Notes under the pieces: model-generated
Database searches by the model: none
What the model was told of the DNA's origin: nothing
Seen by the model: the letters and a program-made list of their open reading frames with translations, nothing else
Translations under genes and position numbers: made by a program
NCBI RefSeq assembly: GCF_030684315.1
Contig: NC_081358.1
Location: forward strand, 6,690,496-6,754,495
Direction: 5' to 3'
From: Stegostoma tigrinum
Lineage: Eukaryota
DNA length: 64,000 nt
Shown: positions 13,251-26,820 of the stretch, one piece after another
Numbering within the stretch: the first letter of the stretch is position 1
Layout: each line of letters begins with the position of its first letter

Positions 13251-16200
13251 AGGGCTGGCTGCTTCTACAAATTGAGACACAGCCAGTAAAATGCCTAGCA
13301 ACCATCATGAGTGGTTGCTGATCCTTTTGTTTAGCACTAGTGACAAGTGAGGGAGAAGAGAATTTTCCTACCTTCTACCTTCCACTTACACGTTTAGCTG
13401 TAGGTTTTTAAGTGATGATGTTCGCTGGAATGGCGAAGTCAATAAAGGGCAGTGTCATACTGACTGATGTTATAATCTACCTACTCTGCACATTGCTTAT
13501 TCACACTCATAAAGTCAGTGCTGTTGACTGCCCCAAAATGATCACTGTTCACAGGCAGCATGGAGTTCAAAATGACAGCCACAGCTCCACAATGACAGGT
13601 ATTTCAGAGCCTCATTTTAGGGACAGAGTTTCTGATAGTTAATGACTTTTTTTTTGCTCTGCAGAACAGAATGCATTGCGTTGTATCTTTCCTGATGATT
13701 TGACTGAAGAGCGATTGTGCCTCAGAGACACAAATAAGGCTTCATACAAAGAGAAGCAGCAGAGCAAATTCTATTGTTTAAGTAGTTCACTAAATTTATG
13801 GTGGCCCTGTTGGCAACGCTACAACACAAAGTATGAAAACATTCTTGATTATGAGAACATTGCATGCACCTGCACTCTGTCAAAAGGATTTACGTAATTT
13901 ACATAGCTGCCAATGTTGTCATCTCCCTCTTTGGTTTCTGTTACTGCCACTTACAAGGTATAAATAAAACTTAGAAAATCTAATTTAATCATTATGCCAA
14001 CCAAAGTCACATATAAGAACATTACAATTAGATTCTTGCCATTAGAGAATAGTATAACATAGTAAGTGTCCTCTTCACCTTGCGAGTCTAATCTGGCTCT
14101 TTTTAAAAGCTCAACTTGCACTAAAATAAAAACAAGATATACGTCCATGTCCAGGAAGTTATTTGGATTATTTCTAGGGACATTGAGAGCAACACAGTTC
14201 TTGGCTTCCTGTGCTAGAACTTACTGAATCCCCAATGTCCACAAACATTCTCCTCAAAGACTATCACTAGCTGACTGCTAAGGAAGCCCTCTCATTGACA
14301 AATTCAAATACAAATGCCCACTCTACTGGAACATGCCTGACAAATTGATGATTATCCCAATTCATGATGGCACATCTCCTGGTCAACTGCAAATATCAAT
14401 AACCCCAATCAGTTAACTGACCCAGGTGGTAAAGTCCCAATTTTCAAACTTCCATGGGAAACCTGGGCAACTTTCAAATGCTTCAGGATGGGCCAAGTGA
14501 GATGTGCCTGCTTGGTCCATGAGTGGAATACAAGAAGCAGCTCTAATTATGACTGGCTATCCACACCAGACTGTCACCAACATACCTTAATTTCTGCTTA
14601 GAGTTCCATTCTTGGCAGCATCACAACCGTGCAGCTGAGGCTGTGTCATGGATTGTTAAGTCTCAACATCAAACTACAAACGCATCTGCAATTATATAAA
14701 TGGAAAAAAAGACTCAAGATCCAGATGACCCAGGGTGGCTTTTGCCTGTAGCAGTGAAATAATTAGCTTAGCCATTTGTTGTGTTTGCCCCCAGATTTCC
14801 AATGGGAATTTTTGTTGGAATTTAGTGTATATTGGTAAGACAAAAGGCATGTTGCCTTCTGGTAAACCTTTCTGTAAACAAGGAAAGCACACACGTACCT
14901 TCTTAACAAATCAATTTGTAAGGTTGTTATGAAGCAGCACAGAGGTTGAATGAGGAAGTGTCAGAACATTGAACTCATTTTCAAATCATCTGCAGAAAGA
15001 AAAGTTAAGAGCGGAAAAGAAGGTTAACAGAGAAAAATAAAGTAATATCAAATGTATTAAAATTAGACTTTGTGGTATTAATATCTGACAAAATATGAAA
15101 GAAGAGGCCTCCATAGTTATTAAAGTAAATTATCATCGCCAAAGAGGTGGTTTACAGGTATTTATCATTTAACATCAGTAAATTTGAACATGAATGAAAA
15201 CACCTTGACTTTCTCTGGATAATTTAGTTCCTACGTTAAACACATCGTTATGTTGTGTAATATATATTGAATGATGAGTCACATAGCAACATATTGCCAC
15301 TGCGCAGTTTTTGGGGGAGCAGGGCATCTTAGAAAACAACTTCAGATGGCTTTCACATCTAACGCAAGTATAATCACCGGAAACAACGTTTGTATGAATA
15401 GCAGGGCACTGTTCACCTCTTCATTATCGCTGCTGCAAAATCTGATTCCATGTTTCATTTGCAGTGTCATTATCAGCTCATATTTTCAGCTACTTGCCAG
15501 GCAAAAATATTAAAAAAGTAAAATGGTAGACATTATTGAATGCCATAGCCAGTTATGTCCATGTTGTCTCACTGTTTTTAATACTAGCAGTCGATAATAA
15601 AGACAGAAGATCTCTAACAAATGTAAATTTTGCACTCTAAATGATAATACAGTCAATATGAGCAAGTTACTTGTGGCTCATTACCATATTCCATTGCCTA
15701 ACATTCAGTATGCTCTTAGCATGACATGAACAACATGACTTCTTTAAACAATATTGATTTTTAATTTGCTTTGTACCTGCCGAAGTAGATGTTACTGCTT
15801 GAATAGAGAGTGAACGTTGAATAAGTAAAGTCACTCTTACTGTTCTTTGGAAACACTTCTAATGATCAATGATTGTCAGAATTCAACGTTTCAGAGTTGT
15901 TAGTCTCTATCCACTGGCATTTAGTAATTACCTGATGGCATCTCAGTCCTTGCCATTCTGTTTATTTTGTAGCTATCTTTTTGTTCTAATTCCTGCAACA
16001 TTGAATGATGAACTTAACAATGTTTTCCAGTATATTGTTTCCCTCTTGTTGCAACTTAACTGTCCTCCCTTGAAGACATCAGTTAGATGGATTCACTCTC
16101 TCCCTCTCACTTCCAGCAATTCCCTGGATGCCTGGCCTTATCTTCCAGTAACATGCAAAGTGCAATCAACATACTACAACTAGCCTAGACTGCCCTGATG

Positions 16201-16914
16201 CTGAGATGGTTATGAGAGTTGGGGTGGACTGGGGGTGGGTTGAGGTGGGGTGGAGTTGGGAAGATGGGGATAAAGTTCATACTGAAACCGGAAATGCCTC
16301 CATACTATTCAACTCAAGCCGTGCAACTGTGAGTACAATGTTTCTCATAGGTTTCTGAAGGAAGATGTTTTACCTGTATTCCTTTATGGATGTAGTAATG
16401 ACTGTCTTATGTTTATGGCCCCAAGTTTTGGGCTCCTCTGTTTCATTTGATACTTTGTAATGTTACATTTGCGCTTTGAACTTTCATGCGTCTTGTTAAA
16501 GGGAGAGACAATCATTTCCACAAATTGTAAAATAGTAGTCCAATAATAGTTTAAGAACAGACTGCTCAGTTATTCTTTGAAGTATGCTTAATCCATGAAT
16601 TTAGGACAAAATAAATAGAAATTTGTGTTGTATTTCTTGCTGCTCCAGGGGAATATATTATACTTTAGGAGCTCAGTTTTTATCTTAGTAAGCTTCATAT
16701 CCGTCTCTGCTTAAACAATTACCTAACATCCGCACAGCAATGCAATCTGATACCTAAAAGTGTTTTAATTTGTAGTATCTTGCGTGGTGTTGTTCATTGA
16801 GGTTCTGACTTATTGTGCTGAATACTCATTTGTGAATCCTGATCTCACCATCAGGATGAAATGTGAACTGGAATCTTCATGTGCTGCTTAGGAACAAAGC
16901 AGGCAATTTTGATT

Positions 16915-17790
16915 TGATTTGATTTATTATTGTCACATGTACCTAGGAACAGTGAAAATTTTATTTTGCATGCAGTAAAGGCAGATCATACTATACAAAG
17001 TGCATTAGGGTAGTATAACACAGCGAGAAACACAAAGTTGTGGCTGCAGGGAAGATGTACAGAGAGCATTATCAATGTTAAACTTAAAATTTGCGAGGTC
17101 CATTCAGAAGTCTAATAACAGCAGGGAAGATGCTTTTCTTGAATCTATTCATACGTGTATACAAACTCTTATATCTTCTTGGAATTCACTTGGAATACTG
17201 CGTCCAGTTCTGGGCGCCCTATTATAGGAAAGATGTGGATGCTTTGGAGAGGGTTCAGAGGAGGTTTACCAGGATGCTGCCTGGACTGGAGGGCTTATCT
17301 TATGAAGAGAGGTTGACTGAGCTCGGTCTCTTTTCATTGGAGAAAAGGAGGAGGAGAGGGGACCTAATTGAGGTATACAAGATAATGAGAGGCATAGATA
17401 GAGTTGATAGCCAGAGACTATTTCCCAGGGCAGAAATGGCTAGCACGGGGGGTCATAGTTTTAAGCTGGTTGGTGGAAAGTATAGAGGGGATGTCAGAGG
17501 CAGGTTCTTTACGCAGAGAGTTGTGAGAGCATGGAATGCGTTGCCAGCAGCAGTTGTGGAAGCAAGGTCATTGGGGTCATTTAAGAGACTGCTGGACATG
17601 TATATGGTCACAGAAATTTAAGGGTGCATACATGAGGATCAATGGTCGGCACAACATTGTGGGCTGAAGGGCCTGTTCTGTGCTGTACTGTTCTATGTTC
17701 TATGTTCTTCCCGCTGGAAGAGGGTGGAAGAGAGTATAGTCAGGGTGTGAGGGGTCTTTGATTATGTAGAAGTTTTGAAGGGACAGCCAA
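16915..17790 (-). mobile_element. Rex1/Babar LINE 3' end split by a CR1 insertion
   Basis: Joining 17709-17766 to 17095-17178 gives minus-strand IIKDPSHPDYTLFHPLPAGRRYKSLYTRMNRFKKSIFPAVIRLLNG, a typical Rex1 C-terminus, with an (atcaa)n tail. Confidence 0.75.
17185..17708 (+). mobile_element. Young CR1 LINE 3' fragment
   Basis: Uninterrupted HLEYCVQFWAPYYRKDVDALERVQRRFTRMLPGL...FFTQRVVRAWNALP with a (ttctatg)n tail. Confidence 0.92.
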
Positions 17791-18018
17791 GTAAATAGGT
17801 ACATCTGGTAGCCCTGTTCAATTATGGACAGGGGGCAGGTGCCTAAGGCTAGAGAACTAATACATCACAACTTCTAGCACTCAGAGACTGGCAATCCCAA
17901 GTTCAGAGATGGCCATGTCTATAAGTAAGGGAAGAAAGGTACGTTTGCAGGTAAAGGTGTTGTGTCAGGTGATTTTTAACATTTTTAATTGTTTAAAATG
18001 ACAAAACTGCCAACATGA

Positions 18019-18170
18019 AGAGGCAATGGCCTGGTGGTATTATTGCTGGACTGTTAATCCAAAGACTCAGATAATGTTCTGGGGCCTGGGTTCGAATCCC
18101 ACCATGGCAGATGGTGGAATTTGAATTCAATAAAATATCTGTAATTAAGAATCTGATGATGACCATGAAC
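18019..18170 (+). mobile_element. SINE family 2, 5' head
   Basis: A box tggcctggtgg and B box gggttcgaatcc. Confidence 0.8.
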
Positions 18171-19774
18171 ACAATGTGGCTTGTTATATTATTTGTAAAG
18201 TGCTAGAAACTAATTGTTATGAGAATGAACATTCAGGGCGCTACACTCACTCCTGTACTGCATCAATCCATTAATCACATGGAGAACTGTAAGACATACA
18301 TTGCATGAATTTGCAAAATTTTGATTATTGTGGTTATTATTGCAACCAGAAGACATAATACCTTCCTCCTCTACCTCCCTGAATTTACCGCCAGGCAGTT
18401 GCCTCCACTTTAAGGCTGTGCTTTGGCCGCAGTGGGGCCCTGCCTGCTGAGTGGAAAATTCAGGTTGATGTATGGAGATTGCTCTGAAGAGGTCCTTTAA
18501 CTGTATTAATGGGCTATCTGCAATTTGTGGGCATGTAGCCATCACACCATGTAAGATATAATTACCTCCTCTTCCCAGTCGAAACCATGGTCTGAGTGTG
18601 AGATGTTGGCAAACTGGAGGAAAGGACAAAAAAAATTGGAGGAAAGGCCCTGTCTGCCTCCAATCTTGTCTTGCTGGACGTTTCAGACCTCAGTCCCTCC
18701 AGGACTGGAATGTGAGCATGGAGGGGTATAGTGCTACATCAGTGTTAGTTTTTACAATAGAGGGAGTGAGCTTTGAAACTGTGAGCATGATATTTGAGAA
18801 GGGACCTTTTAGACGGTTTCTGTCACCATCTTTGGTTGAAGAGCCAAGCAGAATTAAATGAAAGCGATGTCAGATGCATGAGATCAATCAGTACAACTGG
18901 GCCACATGCCACTTTAAAACGATGAGCACACAATTAGGCCAACTTCAACAAGCCTGGCATATAACTCAGCAAGGCAGCATCGATCAAATAAACACTCCTA
19001 TTTCATGTACAGAAATGTTAACAAAACTGGTAGCAGTACGGCTTACAATAAAGCTACTGCACATTTCACAAAGACATTGCAGTAGTCTGGTGAAATGCTT
19101 ATTTGATTGTTTCTAAAATGACTGCCGTAACAATGAGTTTAAATGTGGCAGTGGTCCGAGGAAATGACTAATTAGTTACTAATAGTGTCTATGAAGAGAG
19201 GAATATGAATAATGGAACAAAAAGATCTTTAAAAAGTGTTGATTTATCAAAAGGTATGGAGAAATTATTACATTATCAGCTGCAACATTTGACTGTTGTT
19301 GTGAATCACTTAATGCTGCCTTTAGATTTCAGTGACATGAAAATGCTGGTATTTCACCAGTGGAGGTCAGATTGGCAGCATATTCGAATCATTTTGATCT
19401 AACTGGGGGAGACCACCCTCAGTTTCCTCCTGTCATATCACTCCCGAGAGATTTTTTTAAACGTAAGCTGCAGTGAAATCGTTTCAAACTGTGGCTTCCC
19501 AGTGCTGCTTTGACCTAATGGTATTTAAAAGTTGGCAGCTGAAATAATTGAGTGCAAGTCAAGGCACCAGCAATATCTCAGCTATATTGCTATGCTGTTT
19601 GTAAAGAGCTGGGAACTAATTATTATGTGAATGTACACTGAGGGTGCCACATTTATTATTGCACCTCAGTCAGGTGCCAAACAATAATGTATCAATGTAA
19701 CAGCCACATTGAGTTGTTAGAAATATATTTGATGTAGATCCAGCACTTTGAGTCTAAATTGTGATTTTTAAGAA

Positions 19775-20540
19775 AATTATACAGTGCAGAACCGGCCCTT
19801 CGGCCCTCGATGTTGCGCCAACCTGTGAACTAATCTAAGCCCCTCCCCCTACACTATCCCATCATCATCCATATGCTTATCCAAGGGCTGTTTAAATGCC
19901 CCTCATGTGGCTGAGTTAACTACATTGGCAGGCAGGGCATTCCACACCCTTACGACTCTCTAAGTGAAGAACCTACCTCTGACATCTATCTTAAATCCAT
20001 CACCCCTCAGTTTGTAGCTATACCCCCTTGTACAAGCTGACACCATCATCCTCGGAAAAAGGCTCTCACTGTCCACCCTATCTAATCCTCTGATCACCTT
20101 GTATGCCTCTATTAAATCCCCTCTTAGCCTCCTTCTCTCCAATGAGAACAGACCCAAGTCCCTGAGCCTTTCTTCATAGGGCCTTTGCTCCAGACCAGGC
20201 AACATCTTGGTAAATCTCCTCTGCACCTTTTCCAATGCTTCCACATCCTTCCTGTAATGGGACGACCAGAACTGCACGCAATATTCCAAATGAGGCCGCA
20301 CTAGCGTTTTGTACAGTTGCAGCATGACATCACCGCTCCAGACCTCAATCCCTCTACCAATAAAACTTAACACACCGTAAGCATTTTTAACAGCACTACC
20401 AACCTGGGTGGCAACTTTCAAGGTTCTATGTACATGGACACCAAGATCCTTCTGCACATCCACACTACCAAGAATCTTTCCATTGACCCAGTATTCTGCC
20501 TTCCTATTATTCTTTCCAAAGTGAATCACCTCACATTCGA
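19775..20540 (-). mobile_element. CR1 LINE 3' fragment
   Basis: ORF 19960-20544 CEVIHFG...[12 protein letters not shown]...RRLRGDLIE. Confidence 0.92.
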
Positions 20541-21134
20541 ACATCTGGGAGGCAGAAGTTATTTAGTGGCAACAGCTTTTGTAAAAACCTCATGTTTTAT
20601 ATGAATTAAATCTTTAAGAACTGTGGAGGGCAAGAAGAAAAAAAATATGTTTCTAAAAAAAGAACTGACCAGGATGGTTCCATAATTTCACAACGAGGAA
20701 TACAATTACTAGTTAGAATTTTGTATTTTGTGGCTGTGGATTTCCTGCAATGTGCAGATGTTCAGTAGCTGAGGAATTGCTTACAAAAGAACCTGATTGG
20801 TTGTCAGCTAACTGAGCAGTTTGGAACTGGAAATGAGTTACAGAGACATAGTCAGACAATGAAAGAGAGAAGCACAGAAGGTTGTGTTGCCCTCTCTAGC
20901 AGAATCTGCCTCTTCTCTGCAGTAAAAAAAACTTAGTTTAAGCTTGAATAAACCAAGCATCTTTCCTGATGTAGTTGCTGTGAGCTGTGGCCTTTGAATA
21001 GATAAATCAGAGACATTTTCCAAGTGAATCAGTTGGTTTGTTCTTCTTATAAATCAGTAGAAGCTCCTAGAGAAAGATAATGGAATACTATGGGCCTGTT
21101 TTGCCAAAGTAGAATCTTCTTAACATCAGAAAGT

Positions 21135-21543
21135 TTTTTTTCACTGAAGCGTAGGAGGTTGAGAGGTGATTTATAGAGTTTATAAAATCATAAGGGGTAC
21201 AGATTGGGTTAATGGTATGTGTCTTTTCCCTCACTTGCGGGATTTCAAGACAAAGGGGGAACATTTGTAAGGCGAGAGCAGAGTGATTTAAGAAAGATGT
21301 GGGGCAAATTTTTGCACAGTAGGTGGTTCGTGTGTGGAATGAATTTCTGGTGAAAGTGGTGGATGTGGGTACAATTACAATGTTTAAAAGGCACTTGGAT
21401 AAGTACATGAATAGGAAAGTTTTGGAGGGATGTGGGCCAGGAGCAGGCAGGTGGCACTAGCTTAGTTTGGGATTATGTTTGGCATAGACTGGTTGGACCG
21501 AAGAGTCTGTTTCCATGCTGCATGATTCTATGGCTCTATGACT
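21135..21543 (+). mobile_element. CR1 LINE 3' fragment
   Basis: Homologous to 5560-5970. Confidence 0.82.
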
Positions 21544-22309
21544 TAGGCAGTTTGACCCCTCTAGGTTGTGGTGTGGTCATTGTTCCTCAATCGAAGGTAC
21601 TCAATACCTTTGACCAAGGGACGAGACACTGCAAATGGCAATGACCAGCAATTGGTGCTTACAGGGAATGGAAGAAGAATTGAGCAATACTTTCTGAAGG
21701 AAGTTGGATCAGCACTTGAGCAAAATAAACTTTGTTCTGAGACTAAAGCAGGGAAATCACACTGACTGTTCAGAGATTTAGCTTGTATACGATGGGCTGA
21801 ATCTGCCATAAATGTCTCGGTGAGAACACCAGAGAGGAGGACAGGTCTGGAGGTGTTAATCCAGTCATCTCCAGTTTGACACTGGTGGAGCAACAGATGG
21901 TGAAGCCTGGTGAAGGTTCAGATATGGGAGTCTCCTAGCCTTATAGTGACGGAATTAAATATTGCACAGTGATGTGCGATTGAAACCAGATGTTGTAGTT
22001 GCAGCCATTGCTTTTGTTTGTGTTGACTGAGCCTCCTTCCAGCCTGTGAATGCTGTTGGTGCCATTGTAGGGAGCTTGTGAAATGGCAATTGGCACCTTT
22101 TCTGTGAACGTCTCCTACTACTGCTGTAGCAGCCGACATTCAGCTCTGTACCCACTAAATTTAAGCAGCCCTTTGTTCAGCTTGTCTAGGGCTTTCTGCT
22201 TACTGGAAAATGCTTGGCTGGGTTAAAGCAGAATTCATTGCTTGAGTGAATTGAAGCCCCTGCTTCCTGGGATGCTATCAATATTTGCCTCTAGAATGGT
22301 CCTTTGCCT

Positions 22310-22642
22310 GCTAGGGACATAGGAACAGGAGGAGGCCATTCAGTCCTCTAACTGTTTTGCCATTCAATTAAATCATGCCTGATCTGTGGTCTAACTCCAT
22401 ATACCTATCTTTGGCCCATATTCCTTTCTGCCTTTGCTTAACAAAACTGTATCTATCTCAAATTCAAAAGTTACAACTGATCTAGTGTTCAGGGCCATTT
22501 CCGGAAGAGAGTTCCAAACATCTGTCGCCTTTTGTGTTCAGAAGTGTTTACTAACATTTTTCCTGAATGATTTGGCCCTAATTTTTAAACTATGCCACCT
22601 AGTTCTAGAATTCCAACCAGTGGAAATGGATAACTTTATCTA
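22310..22642 (-). mobile_element. CR1-type LINE 3' end
   Basis: acataggaacaggaggaggccattcag... tail typical of the CR1 copies in this window. Confidence 0.6.
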
Positions 22643-25600
22643 ACCAGTTCTGCATGACCCAATGTCCTGCCATAGCTCCTTATGCACATGCTCAGTAGTT
22701 ATCATTACAGAAATGATACAGTTTGCCCTTCACCCACAATACCTTATGTAGAAGGCAATAGAGGCATCATGGAGTTTGATGGGAAATGGTTATTTCTTTG
22801 GGAGAAGGCTAGAATGGAGCATTAAAGCTATCATAGACAATTGAGACTAAATGGACTGTTGTGCTGTGGATGCAAAGTGTCCAATTTTATCTAAGAGGTG
22901 GTTGAAGAAGATTGTGAAGTGGAGTGTTAGGAAGACGTTGGAGCAGTTCCAATGCTGTAAAAGAAGGAAAATTGTCCAGCTTCCTGGAACCTATGATTCG
23001 GGAAATTTTAACTCCAGGCTTTACTCACATACCTTGAGCATGAAGCTCACCCAAAGTTGGTGGGATTGACACAATTACTGGAGGATAATGAGCCAAATTT
23101 GTTGCAGTGATGAGCTGGGGTCAGGCAGGGGATGGACTGGAACAGTTTGTGGCAAGGTTACTTAAGGACATGGCGTTCAACAGGTCATGGGTCAGGAAAG
23201 GGGGAAATCTGAAGGTGCAAGATTCCTACCAGCCCATTAGATACTTTCAAAAAGAAAAAGACTTTCTTGACTGCCCCTGGTTTGGATCTTTCCCACCACT
23301 GGGCTTTGTTGGCAGAGCCAGAGTCTGTGTGAGCTGTAGTTTAGATCTATGAATAAAAATTATATAATGGAGTTGTGGCTGTTCCATTTCATTCAGATTC
23401 TCAATCCTCTGGGAGGTGCAGTCTTCCTGTGCCCCAGGACAGGTAAACAAAATGGGTGGGGTTGGGGTGAACACACAGCCTGTGATTTAATCCCTCTAGG
23501 CCTCATTGCCCCACAGGATGAGGAACTTGGGGATGTTTAACACTGAACCCTCTATAATTTGGTGTAAACTGTAGAAATGACTGAGTAGGCGTGGATTGCT
23601 TTTTAAGCATGAAAATTACACAAGCAATGCCTGTGTTGAGCACAGGCTGTGATTCTCACAGAGAGGAGCACAATTTAAGTTCACTGACATTTTGCTGAAA
23701 TCCGTTCTGGTAATGATAATCCATTACTTGATGCGAAAGGTTTGTTCTGTTCCATCCAGTCATCCAACAGCTGTCATCACTTACTGTGAAGTAGTTACTA
23801 GTCTTCAGAAAGGCCAAAGTAGATGACTGCACAGTGTGTTCTGGTCATGCCTGCTCTCTTTTTAGTTCCTAATCATGCCTGTGCATGCTGAGGAAATGAT
23901 TTTTTGCATTAGAATGAGAAACTTGTGACAGCCTGCCTCAGCCTCCCCACTTTAACTTTGATTGCTTTGGAGGGTGCTTATGGGGGATTTGCAGAACACT
24001 ACCATTACATATGACGATAATGTAACTTGTTCTAATTACTCTCTTAAGCACTACCGCATGTACCAAGCAAAGACACAATGAACCACAGACACAAGCATGC
24101 AAATTACAAAGGTATTAGGCAATTACATGGTAGGTGAACATAAATGTGGGAATTAGTCATATTCCACATTTTGGTATCATCTCAGGTTGATTTAATGTAA
24201 TAATGGCAGGGTAATTGATTAAAAGCTGGCATAAAATGGATCACTTAATGACTCTAAAGCCATGTGAGCTAAACTTGTCTGATTTAATACTGCTTTACTG
24301 AGCAGGCTGCAAGGACGTCTGTCTAGAGCTAGTGTCCTTATCTACACATGTATGTTGTGTTCTGATGATCCTGTCGAGAACCAACTGTTATTTTCACTCA
24401 ATGGCCTGATGGAAATTTCTTCCAACGATTCGAAGTCAGCTCACCCAGGCCTCATAAAAATGCTAAAATTTACTCTGCCGAGCATTCATTTCAACTTCCT
24501 AATCAAAGAGGCCCGCAAAAATAAATCAAGATTACCTCCAGCGGTCTTCTTCTCTCACTTTACTTTCAGAATTAGACAAAACCTGCACAGCACATACTCC
24601 AACCATTTCTACCTTAAATACCAATTGACTTTATTTACAACAAATGAAAACTGAGGTCTATGCAAGAAGAGGCCTATTGTTTGAAACAGGCTTACAGTTT
24701 GGTTACCTGGAGGTAGGGTCCTTTTAAAATTAACTAGTTACATTCACGCAGTTAATGATTCAGTTACTGTTGTCATTTTTTTGGCTGTTATCATCCCATT
24801 TATACCAGGAGAAGGGAATGCAGTTAACAGGAGCAAAAAAAAGGCTTGATTTAGGAAGAGTTTCTAACATATTATAACCCATTTTACACAATCGTCCAAA
24901 GTTAAAATCTACCTCACGGTGAGTATCTCATGCATTTTTCATTCATTTTGTATGATTTAGGGTTAATGGTTAGATTTGAGCTTGATCCCATATTTGGCAG
25001 ACAATGAGAATCAGCTTTCTAGCAATAAGAAACTCAACCTACTTATGGAAAAAATAATGTAGACTTCAACATGAGAAAGATGCTGGGACAAAGCCCAAAC
25101 TGTAACATCTGTTCGTGACCATGCTGCACGCTGCCCTGATGAATAAACAAATCATGAAAGACATAGAACAGGTTGATTATCCTGTGTAGTATCTTGAGTT
25201 GACATTTTTGCATAAGCTGCGGAAACTTGAGTGTGTGAATAGCGTTTGGGATAGATGAAGTTCATGTAATGGATCTTACTATGTCAATAAATGGCACAGG
25301 TTAGTACTGTATACTTACTTATAAAATTATTAGGGGCCTAAACAGACAGATTGAAAATATCTATTTCCCTGAACAGAGATGACTAGAATCAAGTATAGAT
25401 TTAAAGTAAGCGCCAGAAAGATTAGAGAGCAGAGAGTGGAATTTTCATTTGCATTTTTTTACTTCATATTTTTAAAAACCACATGGCCATACAGTGTAGG
25501 AGAGAAATGGACAGGTCTTTCAGCCTATCAAGTCTGTTCTATCATTCAATGTGATCACAGCTGATGTGATAATACTGAACTCCATTTCCTGCCTTTGTCT

Positions 25601-25779
25601 GATAATCCTTGATTTCTTAAATATCTATCTTTCTATCTATCTCAGCCTTGCAAATATGTAACTTCTCAGCCTTGACAGCCCTCTTGGTAAGAGATTTCAC
25701 CCATTCACTACCCTCTGAGAGAAGAAATCCTTTCTCACCTCTGTGTTAAATGTGTAACCACTCAGCATTGAAGCATTCT

Positions 25780-26820
25780 GTGTTCAAATGCAGCAAAACC
25801 AAAGCAATATCCAAGGAGCAAGTAGCATTCCCACCACATAAATGCTAGAAATAATCATTCACTACAAGCGAGAATCTAGCTGTCACCCCTTGACATTCAG
25901 TGGTGTTACCATCTCACTATCAACACTGTGCAAGTTATCATCGACCAAACTGAACCTGCATATAATTACTTGGCTCCATGTGGAGGTCAGGTGTGATCAT
26001 GCAGTAACTCACCTCCTGACTCCCATAAAGCCTATCCACTGTTTACAAGGCATGTCAGGATATGATGGTACAGTAGTTACTTACTGCTGCCTCACAATGC
26101 CGAACACCCAGGTTTGATTCCAGCCTTGGATGACTGTCTGTGTGGAGTCTGCATGCTCTCCCTGTGTCTGTGTCGGTTTCCTCTGCAGATGTGCAGGTTA
26201 AGTGGATTGGCCGTGGTAAATTGCCCTGCTCTGTCCAGGGATGGTCAGGCTAGGTAGATGAGCCATGATAAATATGGGGATAGAATGGGGGTGTTTGGGT
26301 CTGGGTGGGATGCTCTACAGAGAGTTGGTGCAGGCTCCATCAGCAGAATAGCCTCTTCCTGCATTGTAGAGAATTCTTTCCATTTGCCTGCAGGAATGCA
26401 GCTTTAACAAACCCAGTGTACTTGATTGTCACCCACGCTCCAGTTACAACATCCATTCCATCCACACTATCATAAACTACGATGTGCCATTTGCAAGATG
26501 TGCTGTAGCATCTCATCAATGTTCCTTCGTAAGCATCTTTCAAACCCCTGACCTCTACCACCTGGAGGCCCAGGGAAGCACCACTACCTGCAGTTTTCCT
26601 TCCAAGCTGCACATCATCCTGACTTGAAAGTACATTCCCATCCCTTCACTGAGCCAAAATCCTGGAACACCGTTTTTAATGACAATGTGGGTGTCCCTAA
26701 CCTGTTTAACTGCAGTGGTTCAAGAAGGCAGCTCACCACCACCTTCTTAAGGGAAATTAGGGATGAGGGAAAAATGCTGGTCTGCAGACATGTCCATATA
26801 CTGCGAATGATTAAAAAATG
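25780..26820 (+). mobile_element. Old CR1-group LINE 3' region interrupted by a V-SINE
   Basis: Homologous to 40830-41515 on both sides of the SINE at 26066-26376. Confidence 0.7.
26066..26376 (+). mobile_element. HE1-like V-SINE
   Basis: V-domain present; inserted in a LINE. Confidence 0.8.

Noticed and set aside
24809-24918. Plus-strand exon-like segment (ccag|...cacg|gtgagt)
   Set aside because: All three frames contain stops and no partner exons were found. A non-coding exon cannot be supported without RNA data.
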